DNA of 64,000 bases, taken from assembly GCA_002269645.1 (NCBI GenBank), contig NIVC01000617.1, positions 248,001 through 312,000 on the forward strand, given 5' to 3'. The position numbers were made by a program, and so were the translations under genes. The stretch's first letter is position 1. The number at the start of each line of letters is the position of its first letter. The DNA is from Macrostomum lignano. Its lineage: Eukaryota. Below the pieces are notes generated by a model, which worked only from the letters and a program-made list of their open reading frames with translations, was not told where the DNA came from and made no database searches. Positions 53,816 to 64,000 of this stretch are shown here, piece after piece.

Positions 53816-55745
53816 GGCTCGTACTCACTCCAAACACGTATTGATTACTGTTTTCACACGGACTTCGAACAAAACAACAAATTGTTCGTCTGGGAATAGG
53901 AATAAGGTCCCAATTCCTAATCCTTATTCCCTCTACAAGGATCATTTGTCAGCGTATAAAACGGCTTCTACAGCAAGGACGTACTAAAATCTTGATTCAG
54001 CATCAAAATGGAATTTGGGTGTTAATGGGTGTTGCAATCCGAGCCTTGCTGTAGGGGGAATTCATCTCTGAAATAGTAGAATGATGGAATGATGTGGAAA
54101 TAAATTTAATCATTTTTGTAGAAAATTTCACGCGACATTCCACTGGGTAAGCATTAGAAAATTATGATAAATGTTTGCTAGCAGGGTTTGCCATCCATCT
54201 TGGAAAACAAGAACTGATAGCTTAGGTGGAAATCGTTAATTAAAACAACCCACCGTAAGAACCTTGGATGGCAGATCAGGTGTAAGCGAAGGAGATTAAG
54301 GACGCTTGCGCCAAGCAAAAAATATGAATTTGAATAAAAAATCTAGAGAAGCACGTTTTTTCATCTAATTAATATTGGACGATAATTCCTAGGTTTTCGA
54401 GGTTTAGGAAAAGGTATAGGACAACAACGCTGCGATATAAGTGTACTTTGCTAATGAGGAGCTTTAAGGTATCGTCTAGGGCTTACCTGGCAGTCTTCCC
54501 ATTGCTCAAAAATTCCCTCAGTGAGCGAAGGTGGATTACTTTGCTTTCCCCTACAAAAATACTTTCTTCACCAACCGATTTCAACTGGTCGTGCTTGCAC
54601 GTACGAGCTAGATTCTTAAATCCAATGAGTCTAACTGTGCCATTTTAATGGGTTTTAGTCACAGTACCTGTACAATTGTACGTAGCATATAAAACTAACA
54701 TAGAATCCTAGTTTTCAAAATAAAAAATGCTTATGAAATCAATAGCAAATTATGAATATCAATAGAGCCATATAGGAAACGCAAGACATATCTTCCTATC
54801 AAAAACAATAGCAAAGTCCTTCGATCTACTGGAGTCGTCCTTGGCTTGGTCGTCTTTGGTTTCGTAGCTATACGTGATAAAGCAAGTAGGATTTCTCGGT
54901 TTTGTAAAGTTGAAAGCCAATTTGTTCAGAGAACAAACTAAACAGGAGAAGTAGGCATAGAAAGAAAGCGTGAGAGCCAGAGGGACAAATAGAGGAAATT
55001 CTAGCCCAATTTCAAGTCCAAGCGGAAACGAGCCCTCCCTTTACGATATGCCGCATGGCTGGTCAAGACGGATTTCTGAAGAAAAAAAGAGCGACTACGC
55101 CAAAGACAGAGAGAATAGGCGGTGGTTGCTGCCATAAATTCCTCAAAGGCTGCCTTTCATCTTTGCCCTGCCGTGCGCGCGTCGGGATGCTGCATGCAGC
55201 CTCGTTGCCCACCGATAATTAGGGGCCGATAGTAAAGGGAACTGTGCGCGCCGCTAGCGAAAGAAAAGCCCCTATTTTCTGTGATTTATTATTCTCCACC
55301 AACTATTCTAGCTATTAAAAATGCCAGCTGTAGGCCGCTAATCGAAAAAAAATTTGCTGAAAGGAAGATGCCCGTTTGCAACATGGAAACGCTGACGATT
55401 AATGAACGAATTTGGTGAATACCGGACATTTGACGCAGCTCGTGGACATCTTAGATTTAGAAATATTTTTGTCTTCTTGTATCATGATGCGCTTATTCAA
55501 GACCTCAATAAACAGTGCGCATGAAAGCTAAACTATAAATTACGATAAACAAAAATCATCCTGTGCCTTGTGCTCTGATCGGGTTCAGTTTGGTCTGAAA
55601 GTCATGGTTTCGGCATTTACCAAGCCTTCACGACCTCGCCACCGTGAATTGCTGCAGATCGCAAAAAGTCATGAGCTGAGGTTTTATGCATCAGCTATAA
55701 ACAAATTCGTTGGTCTAGGGGTCTTTTGAAAGCATCATAATTCCC

Positions 55746-55909
55746 ATTGCGCGGCGCATCTGAAGGCTGCGTACGGCTGTTCAGTCCAAGGACTGGGGGT
55801 CGCCACACACACCCTCAATTACCCCAGCTAATGCTGGCACCCATTTTACAGCTGGGTGAACTGAAGCAATTCAGAGTTCAGTGTCTTGCTCAAGGAGACA
55901 AATTGTTCC
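55746..55909 (-). mobile_element. CORE-SINE family A, partial copy lacking the tRNA head
   Basis: Near-identical to the reverse complement of about 44365-44530. Confidence 0.85.
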
Positions 55910-58900
55910 GAGCGGGTCTGCTCCATATCTATTGCATATCTGTCCATTAGAGTCGGTGCAATTAATTATTTATTGTTATATTATTATTATGCTTTTCACC
56001 GAGATAAAATTCTGCCTATCATCACACCGCTGCTGATATTTTAGTTCCGATTTAAGTCTGCAATTCGAGTGCCAGACCAATTTTCCATCAGTCAGCGCGG
56101 AGACGCGAAATCACACAACAATGGATCATTTAAAAAGCATTAGAAAGTGAAAAAAGGCGCCAAGCAAGAATGAAAATAAATATCAATGCTTTGGATGATG
56201 AATTATTTATATAGGCAATGGAGCAGAAAGAATATCGAGGCATTTTCGAAACATCCTCGACAGAAATTTTATTCAGGCGTGACATCGTGACTATATTCTT
56301 CTTGATTTGCGCACCCCCTTAAGCTTGAGCACGAAAGAGAAAGATATAGCTAGATTATGCAGAGATCCCGTTTCCCTGTGAGCAGAAACAGGGTAAGACG
56401 TGAGACTCTTCTCCAGTTAAGCAACCCACTAATGTCTCCGTTTCCATTTGATTCCCTTTAGCTTTCTATACATATGTGTCACATCGGCCCATCTTTCGTA
56501 TACTCACCCGAAGGGAGGAGTTTTCTCGGTCTCCCTAACCATTCGGTTCCTTCTCACTAAAGCCCCCGCGGGCTAGCAAAAAATTGAAGACCAGATAGAA
56601 AAAAAGCGGAGAAAGTGTATGGACAGTGACAGACAGTTTGAGACCTATATATTTTATTTGAACACACGTACGTTTAGCAATGCATTTGATAGTCCCCTCT
56701 ATCCCTTCCAGTCCTCACTTCAATTCTCCAAATCCACATTTTTTTAAAAAGCTTAGCCACTTTATTCTCTCAAGGGACGGGCAAGGTTTTCCAGAGCGAA
56801 ATGGAATACGGCAGTAAACAAAATTTGATGACAGTCGCATTTCAATATCCATAGGAGATGGGTGAAAAGAGGCTCAAACCAGTCAAAAATTAATGAGTTG
56901 AAACCATCTCAGTCAGGATTGAATTTACCTCTAATGGAAACTAAACTAAAGAGGTAGATAGAAAATGTTCGTTTTTGCAAGTTGAAACGGGACGACCATA
57001 TAGTAGGATCGGCTTGGCCTTCTAGCAAGGTAAACATAGGATAGGATCCTGAGATATCTTTTTCAAGGACTCAACACAGGTTATAATTGGACTCTAGGCA
57101 GATCCAAGCCCAGTTCCGACGTGACCAACCGCGCTTGAAAACGCGCAGTCTCGAGCTTTTTGGGACTAACACGATTTCGCCGGATTAGATAGGTATTAGT
57201 TTCACACTTGGCCGCACTTTCGCACCTAACCAGGTTGTCTACACTCTCTTCAGCTTTAAGGACAGGGGGCTGGGCTGGTCCGATGAGTGTTCGTCTCAAA
57301 CCAGATGTCTAGAAAGTGGCAAAGTGGCTAAAATCAAGAGAAGTCCTCCGCGAGGACTCAGGCCGTCGCTTTGATTTGGTAAATTGATTTTATAAATGAT
57401 TCATTCAACTGGCACTGTCGGTCTTTTAAGTTTCTGCTTTGGAAATGAATTTCGCAAATTGGTCTGACCTCTTGGAGACCTGGGAATTCCTGACCGATTT
57501 TTACGGTCTCCATGGATCGGTAGCAACTTCCTTAGTGCTCGGGAAAGCTATGGGTTCGAATTCCCTGCCCTAATGCCCTGCGCAGATGTGTATTTCATTA
57601 CACAGTCTAGCAATGCTACTGAATTCAGTAGCCTCTTACTGAATACAAGCTTGTATTTAATAAGCTTGCTTGAAATTGAGGAAATTTTTTATGCAAAATC
57701 CGATACCAATCTACTAAGCTCAGTAGTGTGTCGTTCTGTGAACAATTTGTTGTTGAAAAACAGCTAAAAAGCTATGCAAATTTCGTTGAATTGCATATCT
57801 TGATATCTGTAGACGCTGTGGTTCGGTTCTTCTTGAGAACAAGGCCGTTCTAATGAGAAGGACAAGCCCGGGCCGCAGGGCCCGGCTGTCTAGTCTCCAG
57901 TGATTGATTTCACCGACTAAGTCCGCGTTTTTGCTAGTTTTTAGAAATTCTTTTCTGCTCCTCGCATTTTCTTCTATTCATTTTTGTTGGAGAGGTGAGA
58001 GGACGTGATAGACAGCTGGCTAGGATTGGGGATTTCAGTGTCAGGCTTAAGAAATGATCCCATATACTACACGGGGGCTTGAATCTTCAAGGCAAGAAAT
58101 AATCCCAGAGAAGGAAGGCAAAGACCGCACTGTAAGTAGCGAACAGTATTAGATCCTGTAGCTATCCCAGGGAAGAATATTTCATTAAATGATTGTGCAT
58201 TCGTATGCGAAAAGCCCAAGTCATTTCTAATTCGATCTGTCACCGAGTGACTTCGGCTGACGACAGGCAAGCTACGTGAATGAAGGGGGTGGGGACTAAG
58301 GAGGAGGATAGTGAAGAACTTCAAAAGCCTCAGTCTAATTCCAAGCACTAGTCGACTTGGACAGAAGCCAACCGAGGCTCTTCTATAAGAATATGAGATA
58401 TATCAAGAATAGGCCTAGAAATGAAGAGGGGAATGGGGGCTGCTGTGGGTTCGAAGAGAGCGAAGGTCCGCCCGCGAGTAGAGTGGAGAAGAGGCGTCGG
58501 CTTGAGGACAAATTCCAGCCGCGCCGTCCGTCCTCTGAAAACAACATCAATTCCCAATGCGCCGCCGCTTCCCTTGGCACTCATTGCTCTTTCCCCTCCC
58601 CTCCTCTCCCTCCTCTCTCTCTTCCTCTCCTCGCGCCACCAAGGGCAAGGAGAAGCTGCCGGACAGAATGTAATTTGATTATACCCCGAAGGCAGAGGAG
58701 GCCTTTCTGTCGAGTGTATGCCGGAGTGGTGTGTGCCTTTCGGCTTTCCGAGTATGTTTTCCAATGATGGCGGGTATTGAGGACTTCTCCTGAGTATAGA
58801 CGGAACATATACGTTGATGTTTGCTTGGCGTGTGTAGCAGAGAGTAAGAGCTGACAGCAATGTCGAGTTGAGCCGACGTAGCAGCATCAACTTGCATGGT

Positions 58901-59613
58901 TGGGACTTAGGTCAGACTTGAGTTGTGTTGAGCTTGATTTTTAGCCCGCCTAGCGTTCATCAATTTTTTTATATTTAAATTTCTAGCCTCATAGGACACG
59001 AGTTTATGAAAACTAATTAAAATTAGTACGAAGAAGAATTTTCAAGTCATAAAAAAGGTCGATTAACTACACACGCAAGGAATTATTGATGCCGCTTGGA
59101 AATTTTTTGGTGAAAGTTCCGCACCCTACAGTAGCGACTAGTTGTTTGTTAAGCCGTTGGTTATTAAGCGCCTTGCCTATGCTCTTCTTCGCAAGCTGTT
59201 CAGCTGCTAAGTCACCCGATCGCTAGGCCAGGGCCATGGGCTACTCCATAGCCAAGCAAGCATCAACCAATGAGAGGCGACCTCCTATCTCTGGCGTGCC
59301 AGGCCGCCTGTACGGCCCGACGGATCCCCACCTCCCAGGCTTGGTTCGCACTTCCCCTCCTTTTCGGTTCAACTTCCCAAAAAGCGGCCCAGTCGTTCGT
59401 ATCAATCGAGCCAGCTATAAGAGGTAGGAGGTAGGGTTTCAATGTAGGCCGCGGCTACTGAGGACTCACGATCGAAAAATTTCTGCTCAGCACGCAATCG
59501 TCGCTGCTGTCCGGGTTAGAAAGGCAAGAGAGAGAGAGAGAGTCAAGACTGGCCCTGTCGAAAAATAAGATTGGAAGAAAACATTAAGTAGAGCGGACCG
59601 ACCGACGAACGCG

Positions 59614-59677
59614 ATGCATTCCGCTGCTATGCAGGACCGGGACAATCCCCCGGCAACTGGGCCGCTGAGCGATCCCG
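59614..59677 (+). CDS. Candidate alternative first exon (MHSAAMQDRDNPPATGPLSDP)
   Basis: Two in-frame ATGs (59614, 59629), donor CCC G|gtgagt; 64 nt = phase 1. Confidence 0.65.
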
Positions 59678-59952
59678 GTGAGTGAAGTCGGCTGACTTTC
59701 AGACAGCGGCTATTCTTTCTCTTTCTCTCTAGAGCTTTTTCTTGACTTTCCAAAACAACATCCGGGTTCCGGAGAGTTCGCACACTGTGTGTATGTGTTT
59801 TCCATGGGAACTAGACCAGCGGGTGGTCCTTATCGTCCTTTGGGGTCCGTCTGGCCGACTTGGTGACAGACAGAAGCGGTCCGACGGCTATAAAGGCTCG
59901 CACCAGCAGTGCTGGCATTTTGAGGCAGCTTTAAATTGATCGTGTACAATAG

Positions 59953-60234
59953 CTGAAGACGTCGTTGATTGGCATTGCGATAACCTGGAGTCGGCTAATT
60001 TAGCCAATCTACCCGTGGGGTCGCAGCTGCTGCACCTGCAGCCACCGCCGCACTCGCAGCTAGGGAACTATAGAGCCAACAAGGGCTGCGTCAGGTGCTG
60101 CACTGCGCTGCTTCTTGGCTGCGGCAGTGGCGGCGAGGGTGGCGAAGGAGGCGATGTCGACGGCGGCGGCGTTGGTGGTGGCCTCAGCTTGGAAGGAGGC
60201 CAAGTTAGCTCGGGAGGCAGCGAAAAATTCAAGG
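59953..60234 (+). CDS. Symmetric phase 1-1 exon, Gly/Cys-rich N-terminal insert
   Basis: acceptor tacaatag|ct (weak), 282 nt open, GC-rich GGC codons, donor AAG G|gtaagc. Confidence 0.6.
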
Positions 60235-62469
60235 GTAAGCTGTGTCACCAAGAAGCCGATTATTTCAAGTGAACTAGCTTGAAGTCCTGCCTGGTCCAGT
60301 CGCGAGGTCAATGGCATCAACTCTGTCGGGGTTCTGCTAGCGACTGATTTGAAGTGAAGCGGCCCGTTTCCTACTCATTTGCTAGAGCAAGATTGGATCT
60401 GATCATTTTAATTGAGTCCATCATGGCAGACCAAGTCACTTTAGAAGTCTGTGCGTCACTGTGTGAGTACTAAGCTTCTGTGATGTCGCTCAAGTAACCG
60501 TTTTGTGACGGTTAGGAGAGTTTCGTCATTCGAACCGTTTCTAAGCCTCTTCCTGGACGGGAAAATTGGAAAAATTCTTCCAAACAACACGAAACCGATA
60601 TTTGCATTTTGTCTGGCACAGCTTAGGCGTCGGTAAGCTGCGAGGCGCACTGCTCGGCCGGCAGAGTATTCAATATAAAACGGCCTCCAAAGAGAGACAG
60701 GGAAAGAGAAAAGAGAGTTGATCAAATTTCTCCCAAGTTTCGATCACTATTCTGTCGCGGCCACTGTCTCTCAGGTTTTTTGCCTTCCAATCCCTTCCTT
60801 TTTCTTGGCCTCGCGTCCCGTCCACTCAAGCCCGAAGGGCCCAAAAGCTCAGAGTTGACGACAGACTTCTCTCTGTCTGTCTCTACCCTCCTTTCCTATC
60901 TTTCCTTTAGTCTCTTTTCAGCAGCATTTTTTCAGCGTCTAGCGGGAGCAGAAACCGCTGACGACTCTTGAATTCCCCAGATACGAAGCAGCGGACAGCC
61001 GCCCCATCCGCCCCGGCTCTGCTCCAACCTCTGCCGCAAGCAGCCGACCTCTCCTCCGCTCCCGCCCTGCCCCGTGTTGGTCTCCGAGCCCTGTGTAGTT
61101 GCAATCATTTAATGAAAAAAAGGAACGGATCTCTACTTCCCCATCTCCAACCCCTTTTCTCTGCCTCTCCTCTGTCTTGCGTCGCGTCCAGCTGATGCTT
61201 CCTTTATATGGACTTCGAGAGAATTTCTCTCCTTCTTCATCCTTTTCTCTTGTTCCTTTCAACCTAGAAAATTGTCTGCCTCTCTGCGTCTGACTGCTAC
61301 CCAAATTCAGTCCTATCGCTTGTCCGCACCGCTCTTTATAAATGCCTGAAGAAAATTGGGGACAGAAAAGCCGGTTCAGAAGTCTTTGATGCGATTCCCG
61401 TCTCTTTTATCTGCTTCCTCCTTCTATAGCTCGTACTTGCTGGTGCCGCTCTGACCCCGCGATTTCGCTTCCCTCCCGGTCTCCGGTCCTTCAGGATATA
61501 ATAACCTTCAAGTGTTCTAGCCTTTGCCACTGGGTTACCAATAACACAGCTGACAGAAATTTTTACTCATATTTTCCGGCTTTGAACGACGTTGGCACTA
61601 ATTTTTTTATATTCCAACGACAAAAGGTCCAGACTGCATGAAAAACGGGGACAGGAATAGAACTGATGTGGTCGAATATAGGTTAGCGAGCGGCGCTTAC
61701 ATATAGTCTGATCTCGAATTTCCAATCGCCCAGTTCTGCAACTGCAGCGTCTTTTGCTTTTCCTTTTTGGAAAGATAGGGGATAGAAAAAGGGGAGCGGG
61801 AGAGAGCGAAAAGGGAAGAGCGAAAAACTGCAGTGGCGCCGATGACGCGCTGACAAGACGGCGAACCGAAGTTCGTTCGTCTTAGCTTGAATTTTTTTCA
61901 CTTTTTTTTCCCAGCTACAAGCTTTGGCCACCACCCAAACAAAAACTAAGAGTGCAAAATGCGCCATTGCCAACACTGGTTCACCCAGTGGTCCTTGAAC
62001 TCCTCTAATGAGGGATAGATATTTGACTTAGCTTCATGCTTTGTAAGTTACAACGCAATCACTGCCTTATCGGTAGCTGTCTTACCAACCAAAACGCCTC
62101 AATGAAAGAATGCAACTCTTCGGATGTAATTCCGCACGCTCCAAAGTTTTAAACCATAAAGGACGTCGAATGGACTCAACATTCGACTCTTGTTATAAGC
62201 GTTGCAGCGTTTTCGGTTCAGAAATTCAACTAATAAAAAATGAATAGTACAATCTTCAGTTCTAGTTTCTTAGCTCTTTACCAAAAGGTAATGCCAGGAC
62301 AGGGGTTTAAGATATGCGCGGGCCGGACGTACAGAGCGGCTCGTTTATCAATTAGCTTGTTCCGCTTGTCAGTTCGTGGCGTTCCACCCAGGATTTTTGA
62401 TGATTTATTACACGAAAAGCCGCAGCCGTTTTGTCTTAAACTGTACCGCTCATTTTGCAAGGCCAAGAA

Positions 62470-62563
62470 ATGGCTGGACGTTTTGTCTTTCAATTAAAAT
62501 TTTACAGTTACAGTTCCATTTTGCCTAGTTCACAAGCTCTACTTCTCTTCTCCAATACCCTCG
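62470..62563 (+). CDS. Candidate proximal first exon (MAGRFVFQ..SNTL)
   Basis: GAAATGG start, 94 nt open to CTC G|gtacgt, phase 1; composition is not coding-like. Confidence 0.35.
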
Positions 62564-63007
62564 GTACGTGCATACAATTTTCTGATAATGCCAAGAGCTC
62601 TTGAAAAAAGAAGCAAACCTGAGCCAGCCAAGCACCCCAATGCAGCAGTTATCTGCTACGCTTTACACAGCAACGGAAGGGCGCGCCAGTGTTGAGTTGA
62701 AAATCTCGCAAAATTTGGCTTTATCAAACAGGAACTGGCTCAGTCATTCAGTATATTTCTCCAAGTCAAAAACGAACAGGAAGCAGCCTCCAAAGTGAGA
62801 TTCCTTCAACCAGAAGGCTTCCATTGAGGCTGGCGTTGCCGCAATAAATTGATGAAGAGAGTATGTACCGTCTTCATTGTTAGGCCGCTTCCTCAAGCGG
62901 TCGTTTTGCGTTAAAAGCCCTCTACTTGAATGACAATGATTTCTTTGAAGCAAAAACCGCCGCCTGCCCGTGCATGCATCTCCTTTTGCGCTTTTTTGTC
63001 ACCTCAG

Positions 63008-63117
63008 GTCAACAACGCGACAGCAAGGGCATGGGATTCTGTGGCGCAGTGCTGCTGTTCCTGTCCTACACGCTTATCTTTGCCACGTTCCCGTTCTCCC
63101 TGTGTCTCTGCATCAAG
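63008..63117 (+). CDS. STOM-like: Stomatin/MEC-2-like first constant exon: palmitoylation-type Cys and hydrophobic hairpin
   Basis: acceptor ttttttgtcacctcag|gt phase 1; GFCGAVLLFLSYTLIFATFPFSLCLCIK; donor AAG|gtacga. Confidence 0.92.
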
Positions 63118-63202
63118 GTACGAAAGCGTCTTATTAATGCAATGGAAACTAAAAATGAATTATTCATCTTAGTGAATGCACGTTGTCGAAAACCTTTTGC
63201 AG

Positions 63203-63358
63203 GTCGTTGCTGAGTACGAACGGACCGTGATCTTCCGCCTGGGCCGCATCCTTGAGGGAGGCGCCAAGGGTCCCGGCCTGTTTTTTATCGTGCCCTGCAT
63301 GGACATGATCCGCAAAGTGGACCTGCGTACCGTCACCTTTGATGTGCCGCCCCAGGAG
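63203..63358 (+). CDS. STOM-like: Stomatin SPFH (band 7) domain exon; gene continues beyond window
   Basis: [46 protein letters not shown]; acceptor ttttgcag|, donor GAG|gtgagt. Confidence 0.96.
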
Positions 63359-63404
63359 GTGAGTTCGCCGGTTCGCTTGGACTGGAGATGGGCTAAGCTG
63401 GACT

Positions 63405-63942
63405 GAGATTCATGAGATTCATATCATGCGATTCATGGGATTCATATTATGAGATTCATGAGATTCATATCATGCGATTCATGGGATTCATATTATGAGA
63501 ATCATGAGATTAATGAGAGTCATGAGAGTCATGAGAGTCATGAGATCATGAGGTTCATATTTTAAGATTCATGAGATTCATGAGATTTATAAGATTCATG
63601 AGATTCATGAGATTCATGAGATTTATGTGATCCATGAGATTCATGAGATTCATATCATGAGATTCACGAGATTCACGAGATTCATGAGATTCATGAGATC
63701 CATGAGATTCATATCATGAGATTCATATCATGAGATTCATATTTTAAGATTCATGAGATTCATGAGATTTATAAGATTCATGAGATTCATGAGATTCATG
63801 AGATTTATGTGATCCATGAGATTCATGAGATTCATATCATGAGATTCACGAGATTCACGAGATTCATGAGATTCATGAGATCCATGAGATTCATATCATG
63901 AGATTCATATCATGAGATTCATATTTTAAGATTCATGAGATG
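63405..63942. repeat. 9-bp GAGATTCAT-based intronic repeat
   Basis: Direct inspection. Confidence 0.93.
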
Positions 63943-64000
63943 ACATTGAGTGGCATTGATAACACCGCTACTTCTAGTGGTCCTTTTGTAGGGACTAGTG

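Noticed and set aside
57552-57565. Pol III B-box / SINE head
   Set aside because: No A box or matching body nearby
58348-58890. Minus-strand 180-aa ORF and plus-strand 136-aa ORF
   Set aside because: No recognisable domain or convincing splice sites; more likely a GC-rich promoter/UTR region

Overview
Eukaryotic (metazoan, probably invertebrate) DNA that is extremely rich in tandem repeats. Almost all long ORFs in the supplied track are repeat artefacts. Two real spliced genes are on the + strand. (1) The 3' part of a divergent class II PI3-kinase. Five exons at 938-10932 have matching phases and give about 850 aa (helical-kinase-PX-C2). DFG is changed to DFA, the PX domain is degenerate, and every intron carries its own minisatellite. 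(2) A stomatin/MEC-2-like gene whose constant exons start at 63008 and run off the window. The most striking feature is the 40 kb upstream of that constant exon. It holds a series of mutually unrelated short ATG-initiated exons (22818, 39325, 48054, 50573, 53145, 59614, 62470 and weaker ones), each ending in a good GT donor in phase 1, which is the phase of the acceptor at 63008. This suggests a variable-first-exon/constant-exon array producing many different stomatin N-termini. This is inference and needs RNA evidence. Also present: two tRNA-derived SINE families (one with a CORE domain), a microsatellite insertion flanked by a 32-bp direct repeat, inverted minisatellite pairs, an AGGTCA DR5-type array and a 4.8-kb polypyrimidine tract. 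Repeat boundaries are approximate and were read by eye.
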